DNA of 64,000 nucleotides from Candidatus Omnitrophota bacterium (GTDB lineage Bacteria; Omnitrophota; Gorgyraeia; Zapsychrales; Zapsychraceae): NCBI GenBank assembly GCA_029261055.1, contig JAJDCA010000068.1, positions 69,275 to 133,274 of the forward strand, read 5' to 3'. Shown piece by piece: positions 7,607 to 16,798 of this stretch (position 1 is its first letter; each line of letters starts with the position of its first letter). The notes under the pieces were generated by a model. It saw only the letters and a program-made list of their open reading frames with translations, ran no database searches and was not told where the DNA came from. The position numbers and the translations under genes were made by a program.

Positions 7607-9184
7607 TTAGGCGCCGGTAAAATGATCTGTTGCCAGGTGCCCCGTCTTTCGATCAATGGCAAACCAGTTTCCATTAAAATTGGTTGTTTGGTGCTCAATC
7701 CAGACAATCGCAGCTTCATCAATGTAAGATCCAATCTCCTGCATCAGATCATCCCCATGAATCGTTGATACTCCATCCCCAATAGCAAGCGGATAATTAT
7801 TAAAGACATGCTCTGTTTCCTTATCTGTAAAAATCCGCAAGGTAATTGTATTGTCTGGATTTTTTTCGCTACCGCCAACCGTAGAGAGACAATAAACATT
7901 TCGAAATTCCTTAAACAGTGGCGCCATTTTCAGACATCGATACGACTTTGGCGTAGCCCTCGGATCATTTTTATACCCATACGTAAATTGCGAATGGACC
8001 TGATCTGCAAAAAGATCTCCCCGCCGATAGTACAAATTTAAATAACATGGAACCCGAACAGAAAACTCATTTTGATCCCGCAAAAAATCTGCAACAAAAT
8101 ACACTCTTCCTTCAATACTCTCGCCTTCAAAAACCTTAACAAGGTCAAAACCTGTTTTATCATCATTTAGTGTTACTTTTTTTTCACATATAAATTCACC
8201 GGATTCATAATAGGCTTTTAATAATAACGATTTGACTTGGAACCCTATTTCATTTTTATTCACATTAATCAAAGGAGCATTAAGCTGAAAATCAGGCACA
8301 TAAAAGGCTGTCACACAAGGCTGAGCAGCTGTTCCTGCTATTGGAGAAACATTAATGTCACTCATATTACCTGTACAATTATCATGCCAAAGCGCCGTTG
8401 GCATACCATCGTTGTCATGAATAATACAAAATCCTTGTGAACCCTTAACAGGGTCTGTGCTTTTGGCCTCCCTGAAAAGATTTTTTCCTCCATTTAAATC
8501 GAGAACCTGAGAAGGATCAGCGAAATTACAATAATACGCCGGACGTTCTCTTGGAATATACGCACGATAACAAAATTTATCTCTGTTGACATACGGCCCT
8601 AACGGACTAGGAATAGAATGAACTCCGGAAAGAACGCCCTTATCAGAATCCTTTAAAAGCATAAAAAAACGAAACTCACCGCCCGGGGTCTTAATTCGAG
8701 GATGAAAGGCCTCCAACACAACAACACCCCGTTCGGGCAAGGCATCAAGGCCCGCCTCTTCGCTGAAATTCTTAATGAACCTCACTTGGTTAGGCCCAAA
8801 AAGATATTGCCTGGACCAGAAGCACCTCCCACCTACCAGAACAGATAATCGGATAAGAAGAGGATCACGAATACCATAGTTTCGCTGTAGAAAATTAAAA
8901 ATCAACAAATTTGTCATACCGCGGTAATAAGGAACATGCGCGGAAACAAAAGGAGTTTCAAAATCCGGAACAATTTCCTCAGAATTTTCTTTTCGATAAT
9001 AGGTGGAAAGTAACTCAGACAATAAATCGGATAAAGGCACAATCTTTGCAGAGGGATGCTGATCTAAATAATGCGCCTGCATGGCTTTCGCATCAAACCC
9101 GGGGCATGCCTTAAAAAATTTAACAGCCAATTTCTCGGAAGTATCTCGCCCTACTACTTTTGAAAGAAAATTTAATTTTGACAT
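7607..9184 (-). CDS. Hypothetical protein, 525 aa, no recognisable family
   Basis: Long clean ORF co-oriented and tightly spaced with flanking biosynthetic genes. I recognise no Rossmann, P-loop, PLP, DxD or other motifs. Confidence 0.5.
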   Translation of the reverse strand: MSKLNFLSKVVGRDTSEKLAVKFFKACPGFDAKAMQAHYLDQHPSAKIVPLSDLLSELLSTYYRKENSEEIVPDFETPFVSAHVPYYRGMTNLLIFNFLQRNYGIRDPLLIRLSVLVGGRCFWSRQYLFGPNQVRFIKNFSEEAGLDALPERGVVVLEAFHPRIKTPGGEFRFFMLLKDSDKGVLSGVHSIPSPLGPYVNRDKFCYRAYIPRERPAYYCNFADPSQVLDLNGGKNLFREAKSTDPVKGSQGFCIIHDNDGMPTALWHDNCTGNMSDINVSPIAGTAAQPCVTAFYVPDFQLNAPLINVNKNEIGFQVKSLLLKAYYESGEFICEKKVTLNDDKTGFDLVKVFEGESIEGRVYFVADFLRDQNEFSVRVPCYLNLYYRRGDLFADQVHSQFTYGYKNDPRATPKSYRCLKMAPLFKEFRNVYCLSTVGGSEKNPDNTITLRIFTDKETEHVFNNYPLAIGDGVSTIHGDDLMQEIGSYIDEAAIVWIEHQTTNFNGNWFAIDRKTGHLATDHFTGA

Positions 9185-9197
9185 ATTTTATTCTTTC

Positions 9198-9953
9198 TTA
9201 CTTTTTAATATGGCTGAAATTTTTTAAGGCGTTTAATATACTTTCATTTTCCATACTGCCCACCCATATTTTATTTGGAGTTTCTTGCAAAGGATACCAT
9301 GCTCCCGTCTTAAAAAATTTACTATAACGATAGCTATCTAATTCACAATGATATTGTTTTTTTTGGGCATCATGCAAAATTACCACACCTTCGGGGGTAA
9401 GAAAGTCTTTTGCAGTCTTAAGACAGCGTCTTCTAAAACGTGCATCGACAATAATAATGTCAAATTTTTCATCTAATACTCTTGGAAAATTAACATACTC
9501 CTTTTCATTTTCCGATTCCGGACTAAAAACATCACGCGGAGGAGGAAGGCTCTTCCAATTCCATTGAGGCTTTTCCCAAAAAGGTAAAAACTCTCTAAGG
9601 TGCAACTGAACATTGGACTGGAGCCCTTTTGTATTCACTTTGCCTTTCACTATTTCATGCCATGTTTTATTGTTATCAATCGAATGCCATTGAAATTTCA
9701 TATTTTTTCTTCGAAGATACTCTGCATAATAAATCGTGCTCATTCCACTTCCCCATTCAAAAATTCTAATTTCTTTATCCGTAAAATTCTCAAATATATT
9801 TTTAAAAAGTTCTATATCTTCCTTCGTCTGGGCAGGTAACCCTCGCTTACCCTTAACATATAAAGCCCCTTGGAAGTATATTGACTGGCACCTTGATATA
9901 ACTTTTTTAAATAAACTCATTTTAAACCTCTTATTGAAGTTAAAGCTATCCAT
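9198..9953 (-). CDS. Putative class I SAM-dependent methyltransferase (Methyltransf_24-like); weak assignment
   Basis: EWGSGMSTIYYA resembles the G-x-G-x-S-T motif of the cephalosporin-hydroxylase/macrocin-O-MTase-like MTase class, with a later acidic IILHDA segment. The true start is possibly the internal Met (MSLFKK). Confidence 0.4.
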   Translation of the reverse strand: MDSFNFNKRFKMSLFKKVISRCQSIYFQGALYVKGKRGLPAQTKEDIELFKNIFENFTDKEIRIFEWGSGMSTIYYAEYLRRKNMKFQWHSIDNNKTWHEIVKGKVNTKGLQSNVQLHLREFLPFWEKPQWNWKSLPPPRDVFSPESENEKEYVNFPRVLDEKFDIIIVDARFRRRCLKTAKDFLTPEGVVILHDAQKKQYHCELDSYRYSKFFKTGAWYPLQETPNKIWVGSMENESILNALKNFSHIKK

Positions 9954-9962
9954 TGTATGGTT

Positions 9963-10799
9963 TCAAATTTTATAACTATTTTCATTTTTTCCTTTTCCAT
10001 ATTCACAAAATAATGCATCCTGCTCCATCATTTGCTCTGCCAATCTTAAGTGCTCCTTGGTATCAACGCTTACTATAGGGACCGAAGAAGAAACCATCCT
10101 TACCTGAAAACCATTTTCCAACAATCTAAGCATGTCAATCGATTCCAGCTTTTCCAAAGGGGTTCTAGAAAGACGCGTAAAATCAAAAAGCGAACTATAT
10201 CGATAGGCATTAATCCCAAACTCTTTATATCGTGGTAAAGTGCCATTGTGACCTCCTTTTTTGGAAGAAGGAATCGGTTCGCGGGAATAATAAAGAGCAT
10301 TACCCGTTTTGTCAACCACCACCTTAACAATATCAGGACTAAAAAATTCTTCTTCCCTCACTATTGCCCCCATCATATCCGTGAACATTACTGTATCCTC
10401 ATTGAGCAAGGGTGCTATCAATAGCTCAAGCGATTCGGGCGCAACCAATGGCATATCTCCCTGTACGTTTACAATAATGTCAGCGCTAACATTTTGGGCA
10501 GCCTCAGCAACACGGTCAACACAACTTTCATGCCGGTCAGAAGTCATAACCACTTTCCCACCAAAACGTTCTACCTCCTGCGCAATTTCTCGATCGCAAG
10601 TTGCAACTATAACACAACTTAAAAAATCACACAATAAAACTCTTCGACGTACATGCTCAATCATGGGTAGACCGCATATTTTCATCAAAGGTTTTCCGGG
10701 AAACCGGGTAGATGCCATACGGGCAGGTATTATAGCGGTCACTGAGCTCATATATTTACCGTCGTTATATTTTTTAATTCTTTTAATTGTTCGCGACAT
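9963..10799 (-). CDS. KdsB-like CMP-3-deoxy-ulosonate cytidylyltransferase (CMP-Kdo synthetase family)
   Basis: AIIPARMASTRFPGKPL matches the KdsB/CMP-sugar synthetase N-terminal signature (IPAR.aStRlPgKpL). Likely real start at the internal MSSVTAIIPAR (~10751), abutting the upstream aldolase stop. Confidence 0.8.
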   Translation of the reverse strand: MSRTIKRIKKYNDGKYMSSVTAIIPARMASTRFPGKPLMKICGLPMIEHVRRRVLLCDFLSCVIVATCDREIAQEVERFGGKVVMTSDRHESCVDRVAEAAQNVSADIIVNVQGDMPLVAPESLELLIAPLLNEDTVMFTDMMGAIVREEEFFSPDIVKVVVDKTGNALYYSREPIPSSKKGGHNGTLPRYKEFGINAYRYSSLFDFTRLSRTPLEKLESIDMLRLLENGFQVRMVSSSVPIVSVDTKEHLRLAEQMMEQDALFCEYGKGKNENSYKI

Positions 10800-11548
10800 T
10801 TCTCTCCCAACAACAAAAAATCTACTCCAAAAGCTATAAAAGAATACCCTTCTTGAGCTTTACTTTGTGCAACCTCAACTTCAGGATGGACAACATGAAA
10901 GCCGAAAGGTTTAGAGTGATGTTCCATGGTTTTTTGAATCGTTTTAAGCGCATTGAGCACATCGGGATGGTCAAATTGACCAGGAACACCTAAAGAAGCG
11001 GATAGATCATACGGTCCGATCATACACCCATCAATACAATCGACAGATAATATCGCATCAAGGTTGTTCACAGCCTCAATATGCTCGATCTGCACAATAA
11101 CTGTACTTTCTTCCGCAACCCAACGACAATATTCTTTAAACGTAGTTCCATATCCATGCGTACGGGCAAGCCCCACTCCCCTTTTCCCTTGAGGAGGATA
11201 TTTTACCGCCTCAACAGCTTGTCTGGCTTCTTCTGGAGTATTAACCATAGGCACGATCACACCACTTGCCCCAGAATCCATAACACGTTTAATTATCGTA
11301 GGATCATTTTCACCGACTCTTACTAAACCTGGAATGCCGCATAATTGAATAACACGAATTAATTCCTCAGCTACCTTTATACCAATCGAACTGTGCTCCA
11401 TATCAACGACCAGCCATTCAAATCCTGCCTTGGCCATAATTTCGGTAATGGATGGATTCGGGATCGTAACCCATGATCCAATTGAAAACTTCTGACCATC
11501 AGATGGCAATTTAAAAGATACCGGCAAATTATTGTGAGATATTTTCAA
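10748..11548 (-). CDS. HpcH/HpaI family (class II, pyruvate-dependent) aldolase
   Basis: GIPGLVRVGENDPTIIKRVMDSGASGVIVPMVNTPEEARQAVEAVKYPPQGKRGVG follows the HpcH/HpaI 2-keto-3-deoxy-acid aldolase core. TTG start. Confidence 0.8.
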   Translation of the reverse strand: MKISHNNLPVSFKLPSDGQKFSIGSWVTIPNPSITEIMAKAGFEWLVVDMEHSSIGIKVAEELIRVIQLCGIPGLVRVGENDPTIIKRVMDSGASGVIVPMVNTPEEARQAVEAVKYPPQGKRGVGLARTHGYGTTFKEYCRWVAEESTVIVQIEHIEAVNNLDAILSVDCIDGCMIGPYDLSASLGVPGQFDHPDVLNALKTIQKTMEHHSKPFGFHVVHPEVEVAQSKAQEGYSFIAFGVDFLLLGEKCREQLKELKNITTVNI

Positions 11549-11575
11549 ATTTTTCCCCTTTGATTTTACAAAAAA

Positions 11576-11737
11576 TCACAATGATTTTTCGATCCAATAA
11601 CTATCTTTATTTTTTTCAACCCTATACTTTAGGTAATCAATTCCCATCAACCGCAACAAAAACCCGACGGGTGTCACAACCAAGAAAAAAATAATAAAAA
11701 AGAAAACCTTGAGGATAAAATTGATAATCTGTTTCAT
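11576..11737 (-). CDS. Unannotated small membrane protein (53 aa), candidate SxtK-like carbamoyltransferase-associated ORF
   Basis: Hand translation from ATG 11735-11737: MKQIINFILKVFFFIIFFLVVTPVGFLLRLMGIDYLKYRVEKNKDSYWIEKSL*, one strongly hydrophobic helix. It starts 4 nt after the carbamoyltransferase stop. Below the 60-aa cutoff of the track. Confidence 0.45.
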   Translation of the reverse strand: MKQIINFILKVFFFIIFFLVVTPVGFLLRLMGIDYLKYRVEKNKDSYWIEKSL

Positions 11738-11740
11738 AGT

Positions 11741-13573
11741 TTAATCCAATTGAAATTCTTTACGCCAATCCTTTTTTTCAATAAATGTAGGTTGTTTTTT
11801 CTTATCAAGTAAAAATGATCCCATAACCAAATAATCCATCTCAGTTCGCATAAAACACCTGTAGGCATCTTCAGGACTTTCGACGATCGGCTCCCCTCTC
11901 ACATTAAATGAAGTATTAATCATGACCGGGCAGCCCGTTTGCTCTTTAAATTCCTTAATTAAATCGTAAAAATTGGAATTAAGTTCCTTATGCACTGTTT
12001 GTATACGAGCAGATTGATCCACGTGAGTAATGGCAGGAATTTCGGAACGTATTGCTTTCATGCGGTCCAATCCCTTCAGATAGGTAACATTGTTCTTTCT
12101 CTTATCTTTTCGAATATGTCCAACCATTAGCATATACGGGGATGAAAAATCATTTTTGATTTTATTATCCCCTTCTACTTCAAACCAATCCCGTACATCC
12201 TCATAAAGAACAGCAGGCGCAAAGGGACGAAAACTTTCACGATATTTAATTTTTAAATTCATGATTGACTGCATATTCTCTGAACGGGGATCGCCTAGAA
12301 TGCTCCTGGCACCTAACGCCCGCGGACCAAATTCCATTTTACCATCAAACCATCCAACAACATTTCCTTCCGCGATCTTGGCAGCCACCTGTGAAAATAA
12401 ATCTTTATTTTCCAAATAAGAAAATGAATATTTACGCGTCTCTAAAAATTCTTTAACTGTTTTATTTGAATATGCGGTTCCCAAATAAGAACCCATTTGC
12501 CGGTCAAGTTTTGATGTGTCTTTGCGCTCATTGCCCAAAACTTTATACCAAATCCAAAGAGCGGCACCAAGAGCACTTCCCGCATCTCCCGAGGCCGGTT
12601 GAACCCAAACACGTTTAAACGGCCCCTCCCGATAAAGACGCCCATTGGAAACACAATTCAAAGCGACCCCTCCGGACATAGTTAGATTTTCCTCACCAGT
12701 TTCGGCATAAACATGACGCCCTATTTTTAATACAATGTCCTCGGTTATTTTCTGAATAGAACTGGCCAAATCCATATCCATTTCCGTCACTTTACTTTCT
12801 GGCTTTCTCGGTATGCGACCAAAAAGTTTGTGAAACCGATCATTCGTCATGGTAAAACCCGTACAATAGTTAAAATAATCCATATTAAGCCGAAAGGATC
12901 CATCTTCCTTTAAATCAATAAGGTTATTGAGAATTATATCCACATATTTAGGTTTTCCATAAGGGGCAAGCCCCATAAGCTTGTACTCTCCAGAATTAAC
13001 CTTAAACCCTGTGTAATAAGTAAACGCTGAATAAAGCAATCCGAGAGAATGAGGAAAATGAAGTTCCTTTTTGATTTTCAATTGATTTCCTTTAGCAGTC
13101 CCGTAACTTAAAGTCGCCCATTCTCCAACGCCATCCATAGTAAGGAATGCAGCTCGGTCAAAGGGAGAAGGATAAAATGCTCCTGCCGCATGGGATTCAT
13201 GATGTTCTGGACAGATAATCTTACCTTTGAATCCAAGCTCTTTACGGATGGTCTGTTCCAGCCAAAATTTTTCCTTAATCCAGAGTGGCATAGCCCGTAA
13301 AAAAGAACCTAATCCTTTGGGCGCATACATTAAATATGTCTTCATGAGCCGATCCATTTTTAAACGTGAATTCTCATAGAATGCCACATAATCCAATTCT
13401 TTTGCCGAAATATTCGCTTGCTTCAGACAAAATTGAATAGCCTGTTTTGGAAATGAAGCATCATGCCTTTTTCGCGTAAAACGCTCTTCCTGGGCGGCGG
13501 CAATAACCTCACCATCACGGACAATACAGGCCGCACTATCATGATAAAAGGCAGAAATCCCTAAGATATACAT
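11741..13573 (-). CDS. NodU/CmcH-family carbamoyltransferase (O-carbamoyltransferase)
   Basis: N-terminus MYILGISAFYHDSAACIVRDGEVIAAAQEERFTRKRHDASFP is the hallmark of NodU/CmcH/TobZ carbamoyltransferases (Kae1/YgjD-like + HypF-like domains). 610 aa. Confidence 0.9.
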   Translation of the reverse strand: MYILGISAFYHDSAACIVRDGEVIAAAQEERFTRKRHDASFPKQAIQFCLKQANISAKELDYVAFYENSRLKMDRLMKTYLMYAPKGLGSFLRAMPLWIKEKFWLEQTIRKELGFKGKIICPEHHESHAAGAFYPSPFDRAAFLTMDGVGEWATLSYGTAKGNQLKIKKELHFPHSLGLLYSAFTYYTGFKVNSGEYKLMGLAPYGKPKYVDIILNNLIDLKEDGSFRLNMDYFNYCTGFTMTNDRFHKLFGRIPRKPESKVTEMDMDLASSIQKITEDIVLKIGRHVYAETGEENLTMSGGVALNCVSNGRLYREGPFKRVWVQPASGDAGSALGAALWIWYKVLGNERKDTSKLDRQMGSYLGTAYSNKTVKEFLETRKYSFSYLENKDLFSQVAAKIAEGNVVGWFDGKMEFGPRALGARSILGDPRSENMQSIMNLKIKYRESFRPFAPAVLYEDVRDWFEVEGDNKIKNDFSSPYMLMVGHIRKDKRKNNVTYLKGLDRMKAIRSEIPAITHVDQSARIQTVHKELNSNFYDLIKEFKEQTGCPVMINTSFNVRGEPIVESPEDAYRCFMRTEMDYLVMGSFLLDKKKQPTFIEKKDWRKEFQLD

Positions 13574-15609
13574 TTATCACTCTCCATTTCCTGGGACAAT
13601 TGAAATTGCCAAGTAGACTCCTCAATTTTTCCTGCAATAAATTTAAGTTTTTCATCATACTGTTTGAGAATATCTCTGCAATCCCGGGCCAATGAAAATT
13701 GCCGACAATAATGTTCGTGTGTTTGAACAGTTTCCTCCAACAAACCTACCAAAAACTTAATTTGTTTCCCCATATTACTATCCAGCTTTAAATCCAACAC
13801 CCCCGCAACAGCCAGAGCTTCGGCCATAAACTCAAGCAAAATCCGCTCATATCGCATAGAAATCCGGGAATGGGCCCCAAACCGTAAAGTCTCCCTGAAA
13901 TACCAAAAAATGGTCGTTTTCATCCGCTCATTAACCTGATTCCCCTGTTTTAAATGGTTCGCAAGCATTGCTCTGACTTTTTGTATTATCTTCGGAAGTC
14001 GCACAGATTCATATTTATGATTAAAAATTATATCATCTTTTTTAATGTCCCTGATAATAGATTCAGGAAGAATAGATAAAAAATCCTCCGACTTTCTCAG
14101 AAGACCTGTTTCTAGAAAAAATACCTTTGATAATTTGTCCGTCTGTTCTACTACTCTGAGGTAAGGAATCAAATATCTGACAAGAAAAAATTCAGGAAAA
14201 CGGCCAACATCCGACGGATAAAACGGCTGGGCCTCAACCGCATCCTGAATTCTTGGAAAACAAGGATGTTTCAAATAATATTTAAAAGCTAAATTAATAG
14301 TTTTTGGAATATTTTCAAATATAGAATCCCAATTTTGAATTAGCTCATCATTGTCAATGGTTGATACTTTTAATTCGGAAATGAAATTCTTGATCACAGC
14401 CGAAGAGAAAGGGGCGAAAGTCTTAAAATAAGAATGAAAATCTAAAGTATTACCAAAAGAATATTCAGGATTATATAAACGATTTTCAATTGCCAAAGGC
14501 TGATCACCCGTTAATGACAAAGTTTTGAGTTTCTCGGCAATTTTCTGTGCGATTATTTTTTGTCTTTCAGGAAGAGGGTGGCAATGATCTACATAGCAAT
14601 CATCGGACACAATACTCTGAATATCCACAATCTGTACGTTCTTAAATTTCTTCGCAATTTTATCAACGGCTATTTTATATGGTTCACGGACACGATACAT
14701 GGACTTATCCGCCTCATAAGCCTCTGCTAAACGGGAACCAAATTCTTTTTCGTTTCCTTTTAATCTTGAAATTTGTGCAAGATTATAACGAATAATTTCT
14801 ATTCGTGCTCCCCGTTCTTTTATTAACTGATTCAAAAGATATTCTGCCTCCTCGAAATAACCCTGCTCAGCGGTGCAAACAGCGTAATTATTGACGATAA
14901 TATTTTGATATTCCAAATTCGACGACAATATTCCTGATTCAAGTAAAATATTTCTATATGCCTCCGACGCTTCATTAAATTCCCCTTGTTCATGCAACAA
15001 AAGAGCCTCATTAAATCGAGGATCATCAATAGAAATCTGTTTAGCGATCTTTTCGTCAACACCTAAATATTTATAAAAAAGGAAATTTCCTTTTCCTATG
15101 CCCGCCGGAAATAATACATGGGCTCCAGGCCGAACAAGGATTACAGGTATCTTTAAACGATCACATGCGGACACAACCCTGGAAATGTTGTATTCATAAT
15201 CTTCGACACGCTCCGGAACCTCAATCGTACCGTCAAATTGATTGTTCCATTCGAAATGCAATAACCTGTTTTTTAATTTTGTTTTAGTCTTTCCTTTACC
15301 AAGCATGGAATTAATTTTTTCCATTCCCTGATGAATGGGCGTAAACCTTCCCTTATGTAATTCCGAGGACATGGCATCACAGTTCCCGAGATAAATGATC
15401 ACAGCCCCAAAGGGGGTAAGATTTCTTTTGTTTCTGAAAAAAAATGCACAGGCATCTGCCGAAGTAAAACCGGGCAAAGAACAATTTACGATCCTTGTTT
15501 CCGGAGCCCAAACATTCATGCCGGCAAGATGAAAAGGATACATTTCTTTTTCTATGCCTATGCTCATACTCGTTGAATCACCCAAAACTAATATCGTTTT
15601 ACGTTTCAT
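13561..15609 (-). CDS. Multi-domain protein: N-terminal SGNH/GDSL-type hydrolase domain + TPR-like and unknown C-terminal regions
   Basis: ILVLGDSTS (GDS-block I) and later VDHCHP (DxxH block V) bracket an SGNH fold. Helical TPR-like repeats in the middle. 682 aa. Confidence 0.5.
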   Translation of the reverse strand: MKRKTILVLGDSTSMSIGIEKEMYPFHLAGMNVWAPETRIVNCSLPGFTSADACAFFFRNKRNLTPFGAVIIYLGNCDAMSSELHKGRFTPIHQGMEKINSMLGKGKTKTKLKNRLLHFEWNNQFDGTIEVPERVEDYEYNISRVVSACDRLKIPVILVRPGAHVLFPAGIGKGNFLFYKYLGVDEKIAKQISIDDPRFNEALLLHEQGEFNEASEAYRNILLESGILSSNLEYQNIIVNNYAVCTAEQGYFEEAEYLLNQLIKERGARIEIIRYNLAQISRLKGNEKEFGSRLAEAYEADKSMYRVREPYKIAVDKIAKKFKNVQIVDIQSIVSDDCYVDHCHPLPERQKIIAQKIAEKLKTLSLTGDQPLAIENRLYNPEYSFGNTLDFHSYFKTFAPFSSAVIKNFISELKVSTIDNDELIQNWDSIFENIPKTINLAFKYYLKHPCFPRIQDAVEAQPFYPSDVGRFPEFFLVRYLIPYLRVVEQTDKLSKVFFLETGLLRKSEDFLSILPESIIRDIKKDDIIFNHKYESVRLPKIIQKVRAMLANHLKQGNQVNERMKTTIFWYFRETLRFGAHSRISMRYERILLEFMAEALAVAGVLDLKLDSNMGKQIKFLVGLLEETVQTHEHYCRQFSLARDCRDILKQYDEKLKFIAGKIEESTWQFQLSQEMESDKCIS

Positions 15610-15809
15610 TAAAATAATGGATAAACGTCATCGCCGGCTAGCCCGATATCTGATGCGCTCGTCCCCTTCCTTTTTTGTTTTCTTTCTTCTCTGATCAAAA
15701 AAGGAGCAAAAACTAATCCTTTAAACAGATATAGAATTCTTTGATTGAAATTCTTTTTTGCAAAAGATAGCCATAATATATCTTTGACTAAATTCGATTT
15801 CATATCCAA
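15609..15809 (-). CDS. Small ORF (66 aa) bridging two genes; possibly non-coding spacer
   Basis: Given only by the ORF track; no motifs. It fills a ~190-bp gap between the SGNH genes. Confidence 0.15.
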   Translation of the reverse strand: MDMKSNLVKDILWLSFAKKNFNQRILYLFKGLVFAPFLIREERKQKRKGTSASDIGLAGDDVYPLF

Positions 15810-16792
15810 CTCCTGTCTTCCAACTCTTTTTGTAGGACAGTCGCAAAGACATTGTGCCCCTTCGTGTTAATATGTCCGTCCTCAAATATCACCGGATCTT
15901 CAGAAGAGTGCTCTTTTAACATAGTTTCAGTCATATCTACATAAGCTATCCCAGATTTTTCTAATATATTTCCCAACCGTTTTCTGGGAAGATCATAATC
16001 AATCAAACGTGATCGGCTCTTACCACTAAATTGTTGCTGGATAGCTCCAAGCGCAAAAAATAGTTGAATATTATTCTGCTGACAATAATCCCGACAAATT
16101 AGAATAATTTTTTCAAGAAGACTGTAACAATAATCATAATAATGAATCTTCCAATAACAAAATATCGGGTCAGCTAAAGGATCATAATTTTCACTCAAAT
16201 CTATTCCTCCCTGAAATTCTTTAAATTCTTTCCGGTAAGAGTAAAATGATCCAATTATTTTTCTAAACAATAAAAAATGAGCACTCCGGGGGACCTTTTT
16301 CAGTTTTAAATCATTATTAGCATCTAAATAGAAACTGGGTTTTACGTAACCATTTACATAATGATTCAATACTCTGGTCACCGCCCAGGGATACTGTTCC
16401 ACCACAATAACTTTAGGATTATATTTTTTTGCCCGGTTTAATATAGCGATGGCAACTTGATCAATCCCTAAACTACATTGTCCCATATTCATAACTTGCC
16501 GATTTGTACGTTGAGCTAAAAGGTCAGAATACCGATCCTCTTGCTTAATACCGCCACCCCAAGTATGAGAACCGCCTATACAAAGAATCGATCCGTCAGA
16601 TACCGAAGATTTATACGGAGCATTTCTAATCCCATCTTCGTTATGGATAATCTCCAAATCAAAAGACGGATTTAAACTATTTTTTATTCTCTGCTTTAAA
16701 TTCGGCACGCCCCAAAACCCGAGCTCAGGATCAAATCCGTAAAACGGCTTATCTTTTTTCTTTTTTCTTTCCTGCTTCTGATTAAGAATCAT
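15800..16792 (-). CDS. SGNH/GDSL-like hydrolase or O-acyl esterase/transferase family protein
   Basis: ILCIGGSHTWGGG (block I-like) and FEDGHINTKGH (DxxH-like) motifs; 330 aa; Lys-rich N-terminus. Confidence 0.45.
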   Translation of the reverse strand: MILNQKQERKKKKDKPFYGFDPELGFWGVPNLKQRIKNSLNPSFDLEIIHNEDGIRNAPYKSSVSDGSILCIGGSHTWGGGIKQEDRYSDLLAQRTNRQVMNMGQCSLGIDQVAIAILNRAKKYNPKVIVVEQYPWAVTRVLNHYVNGYVKPSFYLDANNDLKLKKVPRSAHFLLFRKIIGSFYSYRKEFKEFQGGIDLSENYDPLADPIFCYWKIHYYDYCYSLLEKIILICRDYCQQNNIQLFFALGAIQQQFSGKSRSRLIDYDLPRKRLGNILEKSGIAYVDMTETMLKEHSSEDPVIFEDGHINTKGHNVFATVLQKELEDRSWI

Positions 16793-16798
16793 TTTTTG

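Noticed and set aside
6411-7734. Overlapping alternative-frame minus-strand ORFs (6411-6638, 7549-7734)
   Set aside because: Contained within or overlapping strongly supported genes or the structured spacer. Arg-rich or low-complexity translations with no motifs. Treated as frame artefacts.
10309-10839. 176-aa plus-strand ORF, the longest forward ORF, low-complexity Ser/Thr-rich
   Set aside because: Lies entirely antisense to the well-supported KdsB-like and aldolase genes. It has a compositional bias typical of shadow ORFs and no RBS or motif. All other plus-strand ORFs (e.g. 31212-31661, 28612-28953, 4124-4432, 60514-60904) were rejected for the same reason.
15609-15809. 66-aa ORF between the two SGNH genes
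   Set aside because: No motif or hydrophobic segment and weak RBS. It may simply be a 190-bp spacer. Retained only as a very low-confidence feature.
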